From NCBI GenBank assembly GCA_963971905.1, contig CAXAVL010000001.1:1-57550 (forward strand): DNA of 57,550 nt, read 5' to 3'. Positions within the stretch are counted from its first letter, which is position 1; each line of letters opens with the position of its first letter. This DNA is from an uncultured Cellvibrio sp. (GTDB taxonomy: Bacteria > Pseudomonadota > Gammaproteobacteria > Pseudomonadales > Cellvibrionaceae). This document shows positions 40,479-50,434 of the stretch, in pieces. The notes under the pieces are model-generated. The model saw only the letters and a list, made by a program, of their open reading frames with translations. It made no database searches and was not told where the DNA came from. The translations under genes and the position numbers were made by a program.

Positions 40479-41183
40479 CTACCAAGGGGACAAATCTACT
40501 ATAGCAACTGGCCTGCCCACCCCCTTATCAATTAACACAGATAAGGACTTTTGTTTCGCCGCCATAGGCACAAACCCGTTCGCTTCCGGATAAGCACTCA
40601 ATATCAAATCCACCTTCGCAGGATCATTAAAGCGCTTGAGTACCGCTAACGGAAGCGAGCGAACGCCAGCAATCCCCGCAACTTTTTCATCGTAAGCTTG
40701 CAAAAATTCACCCCTGTAATAGGCATCACCTTTTGCAATAGATGAAGGTACCGAATTTGCTAAAGCGCCCCATACCGGGCCAGTCAAGCCCAAACGAAAC
40801 CCCCTTGATGAAGACGCATCATTTGAATCCAAGACCGCCTCATAAGCCTGAACGACCTCAAAATGGCCAGAATCGTATATCAGCCATACGGGGCGCCCTT
40901 GTGCGACTGTATACAAACCATAAGCAAGCGCCAGAAACTGAATAAGCCCAATAGTTAGCAAATCCATTTTTAAGGTTTTTTTACCTTGCTTGGCAACTAA
41001 CAGCGTTAACAACGGACCGACAATTACATCAACAACCAACAATAGTAAAAATATACTCACAACACCCAAAGCCTTATCTAAAGGCGCAGGGTACCAGAGA
41101 GAGAACACTACAAATAATGCACAGAGAGCAACAACAAATGACACAGCCAAATGAGAAGCGAAACACAACAACCGAAACTTCAT
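40479..41183 (-). CDS. TfpX/TfpZ-family type IV pilin accessory membrane protein
   Basis: Three N-terminal transmembrane segments with HL..S, WYPAPL, VDVIVGPLLTL, DL..I..IQ..AL.YG....QGRPVW; C-terminal DLSPW. Confidence 0.87.
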   Translation of the reverse strand: MKFRLLCFASHLAVSFVVALCALFVVFSLWYPAPLDKALGVVSIFLLLLVVDVIVGPLLTLLVAKQGKKTLKMDLLTIGLIQFLALAYGLYTVAQGRPVWLIYDSGHFEVVQAYEAVLDSNDASSSRGFRLGLTGPVWGALANSVPSSIAKGDAYYRGEFLQAYDEKVAGIAGVRSLPLAVLKRFNDPAKVDLILSAYPEANGFVPMAAKQKSLSVLIDKGVGRPVAIVDLSPW

Positions 41184-41213
41184 ATCAACACTCTTAAAAA
41201 AATATAGTTGCCG

Positions 41214-42440
41214 TTAATTTAACTGTTGAGAACTTAATATAGGCAGCTTCCCTTGCAGGGTGTAATACAAACTCAAGCGTTTATAAATCCACCGTATCCA
41301 CTCGTTCTCTGGATTTTGCTGGTCGCGATCGGCACCACTTTTCACCAGCACAGTTACACCGCCAAAACTGTCGATAACTGCCACCGATGTAGAGCCAGGC
41401 AAATAACCTTGATGATAATGCAGCGTGATACCGTACTTTTCTGGCCGATAATGATTGACACCAAAACTCAGACAGCCGTTTACTTTTTGTAGATCACAAT
41501 CAACTGCTGGATTCTTTATCGAAAAAGGCGACGAACCATCACTATGGTGTATATCCCACAACAATTGCGCCAAGGCCATTGCTGAGCCGGATAGCCCTGC
41601 GGACGATGAGATTGCTTCAAAATCAAATAACTTCAAATAAGAATCGTTAAACCACTCTTCATAACGATAGTCATATTTCACTTCGTCGGCATAATAAAAG
41701 TCATTGATAAATTTAATACCGCGCTTAGGCAGTGAAAATTCACGTTGTACAACATTACGGTAAGGTTCGCCCGTGACACGATGAATGACTTCTCCTAGCA
41801 AACAATACCCGAGATTGGAATAAATTTGTTTTTCCCCCGGATTAACAGCCAACGTCAGCGTCTGCAATTCACTTAAGTTGTGTGGGCACCAAGGTTTGTT
41901 ACGGCGCAGAAACATAGGGTCGCCACTGAGCGTCAAGCGGTTAAAACCTGCTTTATGGTTCAACAAATGCGCAATAGTGATGTGAGCAATACGTTCGTCT
42001 TTAAATCGAGTTAGCTCAGGGAAAAAGCTCACCAGAGTATCGTCCAGCTTAATATTACCCTGACGTATTAGATTAAAAACTGTAGCTGTAGTTATGAGCT
42101 TGCTTGTACTTGCATAGCGATATCGATGATCTGCACTTACCTGAATACCAAACAGCTTATCTTTATAACCAATTTCACAATGCGACGACATATTTTCCAC
42201 ACTCAGAAAACCCACCTGTGTAGAGTAAGCCCCCTGACGTGATACCGAATGATCGACAAATAGATTTAACCAAGATGCTTTAGGTGAACAGTTTTTTGCG
42301 GTCACAGAGACTAGCTTAGCTTCTATGGGCTGAAACCAGCGAGCCACCTTATAAGGGTAAGTATCTATCTGGAAATAAAACCAAAAGCCCCCGGAAATAG
42401 TCAACGCAGTAAAAAAATACTCGATAAGTTTTGATTTCAT
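41214..42440 (-). CDS. Membrane-anchored serine hydrolase, beta-lactamase/AmpC-DD-peptidase fold
   Basis: YRYASTSK (SxxK), LLNHKAG, PGEKQIYSNLGY (YxN), YHQG (HxG); N-terminal hydrophobic anchor. Confidence 0.88.
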   Translation of the reverse strand: MKSKLIEYFFTALTISGGFWFYFQIDTYPYKVARWFQPIEAKLVSVTAKNCSPKASWLNLFVDHSVSRQGAYSTQVGFLSVENMSSHCEIGYKDKLFGIQVSADHRYRYASTSKLITTATVFNLIRQGNIKLDDTLVSFFPELTRFKDERIAHITIAHLLNHKAGFNRLTLSGDPMFLRRNKPWCPHNLSELQTLTLAVNPGEKQIYSNLGYCLLGEVIHRVTGEPYRNVVQREFSLPKRGIKFINDFYYADEVKYDYRYEEWFNDSYLKLFDFEAISSSAGLSGSAMALAQLLWDIHHSDGSSPFSIKNPAVDCDLQKVNGCLSFGVNHYRPEKYGITLHYHQGYLPGSTSVAVIDSFGGVTVLVKSGADRDQQNPENEWIRWIYKRLSLYYTLQGKLPILSSQQLN

Positions 42441-42444
42441 AAAT

Positions 42445-42468
42445 AAAAAAAGCCACCCGAAGGTGGCT
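42445..42468 (-). terminator. Intrinsic terminator after pilA
   Basis: Minus strand AGCCACC-TTCG-GGTGGCT followed by a T-run. Confidence 0.9.
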
Positions 42469-42488
42469 CTCGCTGTGATATTTATCGA

Positions 42489-43001
42489 TTATTCAGCAGC
42501 AGCAGCGGCTTTACCACAACCATTAGGAGCATATTTAGCATCAACAGTTGAACTGCAAGTCCAAGAACCGTTGGTATCGCGAGCCCAAGTTAATGTACCT
42601 GCAGATTCACCAACCAGAGCTGCCGCTGCACTATTACCAAATGTGCCTTTCATTTCAACCACACCGGTAGCTGCAGTAATAGTTACATCAACAGAGCCAG
42701 TACCAGTTGGAGCGGTGCCAGGGATCTTAACACCCAGTAAAGTACTTCCACCAAAACCAATAACACAGTTAGTTGCAACTGTCGCATCGCCAGTACTGTC
42801 AACCGGAGTAGTTCTTCCTTCCAACAAGCATGTTTCTACAATAGTTTTAAGAGAACCAATTTCGGTCATTACACGAGCAGCTTGCGATTTAGCCACGTAG
42901 GTTTGATATTGCGGCAGCGCTACAGCAGCCAAAATACCGATGATCGCAACTACGATCATCAATTCGATAAGGGTAAAACCTTGCTGTACTGACTTTTTCA
43001 T
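42489..43001 (-). CDS. pilA: Type IVa major pilin PilA
   Basis: MKKSVQQG|[22 protein letters not shown]; WTC...PNGC D-region; GGAG SD before ATG 43001; divergent from pilB. Confidence 0.96.
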   Translation of the reverse strand: MKKSVQQGFTLIELMIVVAIIGILAAVALPQYQTYVAKSQAARVMTEIGSLKTIVETCLLEGRTTPVDSTGDATVATNCVIGFGGSTLLGVKIPGTAPTGTGSVDVTITAATGVVEMKGTFGNSAAAALVGESAGTLTWARDTNGSWTCSSTVDAKYAPNGCGKAAAAAE

Positions 43002-43062
43002 AAAAACTCCGAGAAAGTTAAAGTTGGTAAAAAGCATTTTTGTTAATAACATTTAAGGAGGA

Positions 43063-43077
43063 GCAAGCGTTATGCCA
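43063..43077 (-). promoter_or_regulatory. Sigma54 promoter of pilA
   Basis: Minus strand TGGCAT-AACGC-TTGC. Confidence 0.85.
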
Positions 43078-43184
43078 ACTAGAGTAATCGGCTGAGTCAC
43101 CGCTGTTTTAAGGGCACGGGAGGCCTCAGCACGCTCAAAATACATAAAAACAACCGCCTTCAGAGCGACGTAAAAACAACAAAA

Positions 43185-43201
43185 GTGACAATTTTTGTCG
43201 C
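43185..43201. promoter_or_regulatory. Candidate PilR-type enhancer site, pilA
   Basis: Near-palindrome GTGACAATTTTTGTCGC about 110 nt upstream of the -24 element. Confidence 0.55.
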
Positions 43202-43332
43202 AACCCCGTCGTGCGCGGCAAGTCTGTTGATAACAACCAAAACTACTCCCTAGGCATTAACAACTGCTAAAGTTAGGTTACTATTACAAGCATTCACGCT
43301 CACACCTCCGCATTTAAGCAGGCTGGATACAC

Positions 43333-45057
43333 ATGACGACACAATCTGCTCCCTTACTTAATGGCCTGGCGCGACGCTTGGTGGCCGATAATCTGCTGGA
43401 GCTTGATATCGCCAGCAAATCGGTAACCATGGCAAAAAAAGAAGGGGTTCCTTTCGTTCAATTGTTGGTATCAAGAGGATTGCTGGATGCACGCACCATT
43501 GCGCGCATAGCTTCAGAAGAATTCGGCTCTCCTGTTTTTGATCTGGACTCCTTAAATAAAGATACCATCCCACTAAAACTCGTTGATGAAAAACTGATTC
43601 GCAAACATCAGACGCTGCCTATAGCGCGCCGCGGAAACCGCTTGTTTCTTGCCGTTACAGACCCGACTGACTTACACGCATTAGATGAAATAAAATTTAA
43701 TACGGGCATCAACACTGAGGCGGTGCTGGTCGAGGCTGACAAATTAAAAGCCGCAATAGAGAAATACCTCACATCCCAAGAAGAGACGCTTGGAGATGCG
43801 CTCGGCGGACTAGATGACAATATGGATGACTTGGACATCCAATCAGTTAATGAAACCACCAGTGACGATGATACGGCAGAGGCAGATGAAGCCCCCATAG
43901 TGAAATTCATTAATAAGGTGCTTCTGGATGCAATCAAAATAGGCGCTTCTGATATCCATTTTGAGCCTTATGAAAAGTCCTACCGCATTCGTTTTCGCAC
44001 CGACGGTGTATTGACTGAAATGTCCCGCCCCCCAGTTAACTTAGCAGGAAGGATGGCGGCTCGCCTGAAGGTTATGTCGCAAATGGACATTTCCGAACGC
44101 CGCCTGCCGCAAGATGGCCGGATTAAACTAAAAGTATCCAAAACGCGGGCTATCGATTTTCGTGTGAATACACTCCCAACACTGTTTGGTGAAAAAATCG
44201 TACTGCGTATCCTTGACCCAAGCTCAGCAAAATTGGGCATCGATGCACTGGGTTATGAAGATTTCCAAAAACAATTATTTATGGATGCTTTAGCTCAATC
44301 ACAAGGAATGATTCTCGTAACTGGCCCCACGGGTAGTGGTAAGACAGTATCGCTCTACACCGGGCTTAATATATTGAATACCCACGAAGTAAATATCTCG
44401 ACAGCTGAAGACCCCGTAGAGATTAACCTCGAGGGCATCAACCAAGTACAAATGAATTCACGAGTGGGTCTCACTTTTGCAGAAGCACTGCGCTCATTTT
44501 TGCGGCAAGACCCGGACATCATCATGGTAGGTGAGATTCGCGATCTGGAAACCGCCGAGATAGCAATTAAAGCATCGCAAACCGGTCACTTGGTTTTATC
44601 TACGCTTCACACAAACTCCGCACCTGAAACCTTAACTCGTCTGCTTAATATGGGCGTCCCTGCCTTTAACGTTGCCACCAGTGTTAGCTTGATTATCGCG
44701 CAACGTCTTGCGCGCCGCTTATGTCCAGCGTGCAAAAAAGTAGCAACAGATATTCCGGCAGACATTCTTACGGCGGAGGGATTTGACGAAATAGGTATTC
44801 CGCGCGCAGAATTCCAACTCTTTCACCCTGTTGGCTGTGAAAAATGCAACGGAGGTTATAAAGGACGGGTTGGGGTATATGAAGTAGTTCGCATCACCCC
44901 GCTGATCGCCAACCTTATAATGGAAGGCGGCAATTCACTTCAAATTGCGCGTGCCGCTAAGGAAGCCGGCTTCAATAACCTTAGGGTATCCGCATTGCGC
45001 AAAGTTGCAATGGGATTAACCAGCCTCGAAGAGGCCAACCGAGTCACCAAGGATTAA
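43333..45057 (+). CDS. pilB: Type IV pilus assembly ATPase PilB
   Basis: ASDIHFEP, GPTGSGKT, LRQDPDIIMVGEIRD, TGHLVLSTLHTN, tetracysteine motif. Confidence 0.97.
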   Translation: MTTQSAPLLNGLARRLVADNLLELDIASKSVTMAKKEGVPFVQLLVSRGLLDARTIARIASEEFGSPVFDLDSLNKDTIPLKLVDEKLIRKHQTLPIARRGNRLFLAVTDPTDLHALDEIKFNTGINTEAVLVEADKLKAAIEKYLTSQEETLGDALGGLDDNMDDLDIQSVNETTSDDDTAEADEAPIVKFINKVLLDAIKIGASDIHFEPYEKSYRIRFRTDGVLTEMSRPPVNLAGRMAARLKVMSQMDISERRLPQDGRIKLKVSKTRAIDFRVNTLPTLFGEKIVLRILDPSSAKLGIDALGYEDFQKQLFMDALAQSQGMILVTGPTGSGKTVSLYTGLNILNTHEVNISTAEDPVEINLEGINQVQMNSRVGLTFAEALRSFLRQDPDIIMVGEIRDLETAEIAIKASQTGHLVLSTLHTNSAPETLTRLLNMGVPAFNVATSVSLIIAQRLARRLCPACKKVATDIPADILTAEGFDEIGIPRAEFQLFHPVGCEKCNGGYKGRVGVYEVVRITPLIANLIMEGGNSLQIARAAKEAGFNNLRVSALRKVAMGLTSLEEANRVTKD

Positions 45058-45061
45058 TTCC

Positions 45062-46342
45062 ATGGCATTAACAACAACCAGCAAAACGACTAGCGCAGTT
45101 AGTAGTAAGGCCAACAAGCCAAAAGTAAAATCCGTCCCTACTACCAACACCTACGTGTACAAAGGCGTAGACAAAAAAGGCAATAAAATTCAGGGAGAGA
45201 TCAATGGTGGCAGCCCAACGATTGTTAAAACCCTACTAGCCAAACAAGGTATCACGGCGCGATCCGTATCAAAAAAGGCAAAACCTTTATTTGGGTCTAG
45301 CGGTAAAGCGATTAAACCCGCTGATATCGCCGTGTTCTCTCGCCAAATGGCCACCATGATGAAAGCTGGTGTTCCACTGGTTCAGGCATTCGACATAGTT
45401 GCAGACGGACTTGAAAATCCAAACTTGAAAAAACTCGTCCTGCAAATTAGAGACAGCGTTGCCGCAGGCGGAGGTTTTGCAAACTCATTAAAAGATCATC
45501 CCAAATATTTTGATGAATTATTCTGCAACCTTGTTGACGCTGGTGAACAAGCCGGTGCTCTTGAAACCATGCTCGACCGAATTGCCACCTATAAAGAAAA
45601 AACCGAAGCATTAAAAGCCAAGATCAAAAAAGCACTGACTTATCCCATCGCAGTTGTGATTGTGGCCATTGTTGTCACAGGCATACTGCTCGTTAAGGTT
45701 GTACCGCAATTCGCAGAAACATTTAGCGGTTTTGGCGCCGAACTTCCGGCCTTTACCTTATTTGTTTTACACCTATCAGAGCTTGCGCAGGCATACTGGT
45801 TAATAATACTTGTTGGGATGATTGGGGGATTTTTTCTCTTTAGAGAAGCCGCTCGCCGCTCATCAGCAGTGGCATATGCAATAGACAAATATCTTCTCAA
45901 ATTACCCATTATAGGTAAGATTCTTTACCTATCTGTAATGGCTCGTTTCGCACGTACACTTGCCACCACATTTGCTGCAGGTGTACCGCTTATTGATGCA
46001 CTGACGTCCGTAGCCGGTGCAGCGGGCAATAAAATCTACTCTGATGCGATAATAAAAGTTCGCGAAGATGTATCAACCGGCATACAGCTGAATACTGCAC
46101 TCAAAGCTCGCGCAATTTTTCCAACATTATTGATACAAATGGCCGCTATTGGCGAAGAATCCGGCGCTTTGGATGCAATGCTGGATAAGGTAGCAGTTTA
46201 TTACGAAGAAGCCGTAGATAATATGGTGGACACCCTAACCTCTCTGCTAGAACCCATCATCATGTCTGTACTCGGTGTTTTAGTGGGCGGTCTGTTGATT
46301 GCTATGTATCTCCCTATTTTCCAACTCGGTGCGGTTGTATAA
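45062..46342 (+). CDS. pilC: Type IV pilus platform protein PilC
   Basis: FSRQMATMMKAGVPL, AGEQAGALE, IGEESGALD, MYLPIF. Confidence 0.96.
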   Translation: MALTTTSKTTSAVSSKANKPKVKSVPTTNTYVYKGVDKKGNKIQGEINGGSPTIVKTLLAKQGITARSVSKKAKPLFGSSGKAIKPADIAVFSRQMATMMKAGVPLVQAFDIVADGLENPNLKKLVLQIRDSVAAGGGFANSLKDHPKYFDELFCNLVDAGEQAGALETMLDRIATYKEKTEALKAKIKKALTYPIAVVIVAIVVTGILLVKVVPQFAETFSGFGAELPAFTLFVLHLSELAQAYWLIILVGMIGGFFLFREAARRSSAVAYAIDKYLLKLPIIGKILYLSVMARFARTLATTFAAGVPLIDALTSVAGAAGNKIYSDAIIKVREDVSTGIQLNTALKARAIFPTLLIQMAAIGEESGALDAMLDKVAVYYEEAVDNMVDTLTSLLEPIIMSVLGVLVGGLLIAMYLPIFQLGAVV

Positions 46343-46344
46343 AC

Positions 46345-47241
46345 GTGACATTTATTTCATCTCTGCAAGCCTATCCGCTGGTAGGTTTGGCTTGCACCTT
46401 GGTTTTAGGCTTGCTCGTCGGTAGTTTTCTAAACGTTGTTATTTATCGTCTGCCCAAGATGATGGAGCGGGACTGGCAAAATCAATGTCGCGATTTCTTA
46501 GCCAATGATGGCGATATAGCGTCTCTCCCCAATAACAATGCAAAGCAGGAACCGTTTAATTTAATGGTTCCTGCTTCTCGCTGCCCCCACTGCGGCCACA
46601 AGATAAAACCTTGGGAAAATGTTCCCATTATTAGCTATATATTTCTGCGCGGTAAATGCGCCAATTGTAAGACCGGCATATCGCCTCGCTACCCTATTAT
46701 TGAACTGGTAACCGGGCTATTGTCGGTTGCGGTTATTTATTATGTAGGGGTCAAGTGGAGTGGCTTGGCGGCACTTATATTTACTTGGTCGCTTATCGCC
46801 TTGACCATGATCGACCTTGATACCTATTTACTGCCAGACGATATTACCCTTCCCCTGCTTTGGCTCGGCTTAATCGCCAATAGTTTTGGCGCATTTACGG
46901 ATTTACCCAGCGCACTCTGGGGGGCAATAGCGGGTTACTTGGCGCTCTGGTCGGTGTATAAACTCTTTAAACTGCTGACGGGTAAAGAGGGCATGGGCTA
47001 CGGCGATTTTAAATTACTCGCCGCGCTCGGTGCCTGGATGGGCTGGCAAATGTTGCCACAGATTATTTTGCTATCGTCGCTTGTGGGCGCAGTGATTGGT
47101 ATCGGCATGATTGTTATTCGTGGTCGCGATAAAAATATCCCCATTCCCTTTGGCCCCTACCTAGCCATCGCCGGCTGGATTGCCTTTATCTGGGGCGATA
47201 CCATCAATCAATCCTATTTAAAACTGTTTGTCGCCCACTAG
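46345..47241 (+). CDS. pilD: Prepilin peptidase/N-methyltransferase PilD
   Basis: GSFLNVVIYRLP, two CxxC motifs, IDLD..LLPD, GMGYGDFKL, PFGPYL. Confidence 0.97.
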   Translation: MTFISSLQAYPLVGLACTLVLGLLVGSFLNVVIYRLPKMMERDWQNQCRDFLANDGDIASLPNNNAKQEPFNLMVPASRCPHCGHKIKPWENVPIISYIFLRGKCANCKTGISPRYPIIELVTGLLSVAVIYYVGVKWSGLAALIFTWSLIALTMIDLDTYLLPDDITLPLLWLGLIANSFGAFTDLPSALWGAIAGYLALWSVYKLFKLLTGKEGMGYGDFKLLAALGAWMGWQMLPQIILLSSLVGAVIGIGMIVIRGRDKNIPIPFGPYLAIAGWIAFIWGDTINQSYLKLFVAH

Positions 47242-47250
47242 GTGGTATAA

Positions 47251-47877
47251 ATGCCTCTGATTATTGGGCTCACAGGCGGCATTGGCAGCGGCAAGTCTGA
47301 AGCAAGCAACAGATTCATCGCGCGCAGTATACAGGTTGTTGATGCGGATATAGTCGCGCGCGAAGTAGTTGCACAAGGAAAGCCGGCATTAGCAGAGATT
47401 GCCGCTCACTTTGGCGCAGACATTCTTGATGACGCTGGCAATCTCAACCGCGCCAAGCTGCGCGCCATTATCTTTGCCGACCCGGCAGAAAAACACTGGC
47501 TCGAAGCCCTATTGCACCCGGTTATTAACGCCGAAATTCGCCGCCAACTTGCCAATGCAACCAGCCCCTACGCGATTCTTGCGTCGCCACTGTTACTGGA
47601 AACACAACAATATCAATTAGTGGATCGCATTTTAGTAATCGATACTAGCGAGCAACTGCAATTGGAGCGCGCCACTCAGCGCGACAAAAACAACGAGGCG
47701 CAAATCAAAGCCATTATGCAAACCCAGCTCACGCGCCAAGCGCGTTGCGCAAGAGCGACAGATATTATTGAAAACCACGGCAGTATTGACGCCTTGGAAA
47801 GCCAAGTTGAACGGCTGCATCAACTTTATCTTGAATTGGCCCAGTCCAGCGTAAAATCACACACTCAAACAAACTGA
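47251..47877 (+). CDS. coaE: Dephospho-CoA kinase
   Basis: IGLTGGIGSGKS, VDADIVAR, LEALLHP. Confidence 0.96.
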   Translation: MPLIIGLTGGIGSGKSEASNRFIARSIQVVDADIVAREVVAQGKPALAEIAAHFGADILDDAGNLNRAKLRAIIFADPAEKHWLEALLHPVINAEIRRQLANATSPYAILASPLLLETQQYQLVDRILVIDTSEQLQLERATQRDKNNEAQIKAIMQTQLTRQARCARATDIIENHGSIDALESQVERLHQLYLELAQSSVKSHTQTN

Positions 47878-47883
47878 CTCATT

Positions 47884-48096
47884 ATGCACAGCACATCGCC
47901 CGACTCTGATCTGACATCACTCAAACTCGCCTGCCCCAGCTGTAAAAAGACAGTGCTCTGGAATGATGATTTTCCTCATCGCCCCTTCTGCAGCGATCGC
48001 TGCCGCCTGATTGATTTAGGTGAATGGGCGAGCGAAAACCATCGCATCGCGGGGGACAATTTGGATATTAATTCAGAGGATGAACAGCATCAGTAA
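47884..48096 (+). CDS. yacG: DNA gyrase inhibitor YacG
   Basis: CPSC...[17 protein letters not shown]. Confidence 0.93.
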   Translation: MHSTSPDSDLTSLKLACPSCKKTVLWNDDFPHRPFCSDRCRLIDLGEWASENHRIAGDNLDINSEDEQHQ

Positions 48097-48145
48097 TCGC
48101 TGCCCTACTGAACTCAGAGCGCAACTTCTACCTTTCACCGACCAG

Positions 48146-49099
48146 CTACCACCAAGCACTAATGCCCGCAACACCCTGTGCGCCGCACGAGCGCGCAACA
48201 GTTAAATGCTCGTCGCCAACCCCACCCAAAGCATACACAGGGACGTTTGATTGCTCTACAAGCGTGGAAAACAGTTCCCAGCCCAATGACTGCACCGATG
48301 GATGGGAGTTGGTCGGCAATACCGGCGATAAGACGAGATAGTCTGCACCTATCTGTTGTGCATGAATAATCTCTTCTGCGTTGTGACAGGAAACACCAAG
48401 CAACACCTCTGGTGCAACAGGCCGTTGATGTATAGCCGCAGCATGATGGCTATTGAGATGCAACCCCAGATTTTGCTCGGGGAGAAAAGCTACGATTCGA
48501 GCAAATTCAGCAAGCGAGCAATTAACTACCAAGCGAGCACTGGCCTGGTTAACTGCCGCCAGCGTCTTATTCAGCAACGACTGATGGGTATTCAAATTAA
48601 AATCGGCAATACGCAGCTGCACTATAGATAAGCCTTGTGCCAACGCCTTGTTTAATCGCGCAATAAAATCATCTTCATCGCGATAGGTACCGGTTATCAG
48701 ATATTTTTCCGGCAGATTAATCGCAGAAATAATCGGGCGATTCGCAGCGGGAAATTCAAAGTTCGGCAGTGCCTTGGCATCTACCCACTGAACAGGCTGA
48801 CCTTCGTTGCCCACCGGAATACCCGAGAATTGGGTGACTTTGTGCACATCCAGCAAAACGGATTTATCTGGGTAGTGATGGCGAATTTGAATAAGCGGCT
48901 GACTGGCGAGCACATTAATCGCAAGCTCTTCATGCAATTCACGCACGAGCGCTTGCTCGATTGTTTCGCCAGCATCGACCTTACCGCCAGGAAACTCCCA
49001 CAAACCACCTTGATGGGCGCTTAGCGGGCGTTTGGCGATAAGAATTTTGCCGTCAGTGTTCACAATCACCCCAACGGCAACATGCAGCAATTTAGTCAC
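48146..49099 (-). CDS. MutT/Nudix hydrolase fused to a thiamine-phosphate-synthase-like domain
   Basis: WEFPGGKVDAGETIEQALVRELHEE Nudix box; C-terminal VSCH, DYLVLSPV, PVYALGG. Confidence 0.92.
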   Translation of the reverse strand: MTKLLHVAVGVIVNTDGKILIAKRPLSAHQGGLWEFPGGKVDAGETIEQALVRELHEELAINVLASQPLIQIRHHYPDKSVLLDVHKVTQFSGIPVGNEGQPVQWVDAKALPNFEFPAANRPIISAINLPEKYLITGTYRDEDDFIARLNKALAQGLSIVQLRIADFNLNTHQSLLNKTLAAVNQASARLVVNCSLAEFARIVAFLPEQNLGLHLNSHHAAAIHQRPVAPEVLLGVSCHNAEEIIHAQQIGADYLVLSPVLPTNSHPSVQSLGWELFSTLVEQSNVPVYALGGVGDEHLTVARSCGAQGVAGISAWW

Positions 49100-49116
49100 G
49101 ATGAAATGCGAAACAA

Positions 49117-50337
49117 TTAAGAGCGGTAGTCCGCATTGATGCGAACATATTCATAGGAGAGATCGGTCGTCCACACAGTTTCAGCAAAATCGCCGCGGCC
49201 CAAATTGATATTAATCGCAATTTCAGCCTGGCTCATCACCGCTTGCCCCTGCTCTTCCGTATAGGTTTTTGCACGGCCGCCGTTTTCAACGATTAGCGTA
49301 TCGTTCAAATGTACACGAACTTTGGTTGCATCCAAATCAGGCACACCAGCATAACCAATTGCCGCCACAATGCGCCCCCAGTTAGGGTCTGAAGCAAAAA
49401 GTGCAGTTTTAATTAAGGGTGAATGCGCCACGGCATAGGCGACATCCAAACACTCATCGCGATTAGCACCACCACTGACTGCAACCGTAACAAACTTGGT
49501 TGCGCCTTCGCCATCACTAACAATGCTTTTAGCAAGATGCACATGCGCAGCGAGAATAACTTCACGCAATTTTTCGTAGAGTTCGCCACTGGCAGTATTC
49601 ACCTCGGGCAGATCCACCTGACCGGTAGCAATTAAAATGCAAGAGTCGTTAGTCGAGGTATCGCCATCAATAGTAATGCGATTAAACGATTTATCGGCAG
49701 CTTCACGCGCTAACTCTTGCAGCAATTCTTGCGAAACTTTTGCATCAGTGGCGATATAACCGAGCATGGTCGCCATATTGGGCTTAATCATGCCCGCGCC
49801 TTTGGAGATACCATTAACGGTAATCAGCTGGCCCTGATATTCAAACTGCTGACTAAAACCCTTGGGGCGTGTGTCGGTGGTCATAATGCCAGCGCCCGCA
49901 TCTTCCCAGGCATTTTCATTCGCCTTTTCCAAGGCCTCAGGCACTACCGCAATAATTTTTTGCACCGGCAATGGTTCGCCAATAACACCCGTTGAAAAGG
50001 GCAGGACTTGCTCAGGTTTAACTCCCGCGCGCTCAGCAATTGCAGCGCAGGTCGCCTTAGCATCCAGCAAGCCTTGCTCGCCAGTACAGGCATTGGCATT
50101 GCCCGAGTTGATTATCAAAAAGCGAATAGGCTGTGCCGCCAAATGTTCTCTGCAGACAGTCACCGGTGCCGCGCAAAAGGCATTTTTTGTAAACACACCG
50201 GCAACACTACTGCCTTCGGCCAGCTCAAATAAAACCACATCGCGGCGACCGACTTTTTTAATACCAGCGCTCACTGCGGTTAATTTCACACCCTTTACTG
50301 GATGCATGTGCGGAAACGGATATTCACCTACGGCCAT
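49117..50337 (-). CDS. argJ: Bifunctional ornithine acetyltransferase/N-acetylglutamate synthase ArgJ
   Basis: NSGNANA, IMTTDT, KGAGMIKPNMATML, DGDTSTND, DGEGATK, DPNWGR. Confidence 0.97.
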   Translation of the reverse strand: MAVGEYPFPHMHPVKGVKLTAVSAGIKKVGRRDVVLFELAEGSSVAGVFTKNAFCAAPVTVCREHLAAQPIRFLIINSGNANACTGEQGLLDAKATCAAIAERAGVKPEQVLPFSTGVIGEPLPVQKIIAVVPEALEKANENAWEDAGAGIMTTDTRPKGFSQQFEYQGQLITVNGISKGAGMIKPNMATMLGYIATDAKVSQELLQELAREAADKSFNRITIDGDTSTNDSCILIATGQVDLPEVNTASGELYEKLREVILAAHVHLAKSIVSDGEGATKFVTVAVSGGANRDECLDVAYAVAHSPLIKTALFASDPNWGRIVAAIGYAGVPDLDATKVRVHLNDTLIVENGGRAKTYTEEQGQAVMSQAEIAININLGRGDFAETVWTTDLSYEYVRINADYRS

Positions 50338-50398
50338 AATATAAATCTCGATATTTGTTCAGAATCAATTTTCTAATAAGAAAGCCTAGCCAAATGCA

Positions 50399-50424
50399 CA
50401 GAGCCTCGCAATTGCGAGGCTCTG
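50399..50424. terminator. Perfect 26-bp palindrome after secA (hairpin without U-tract)
   Basis: CAGAGCCTCGCAATTGCGAGGCTCTG. Confidence 0.55.
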
Positions 50425-50434
50425 GTGGAAAACA

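Noticed and set aside
41214-42440. Calling the serine hydrolase an antibiotic-resistance beta-lactamase
   Set aside because: It has HxG rather than KTG, a membrane anchor and a pilin-locus context; the fold alone does not imply resistance.
47878-47883. Absence of zapD between coaE and yacG
   Set aside because: This is the normal arrangement in Pseudomonas-like lineages.
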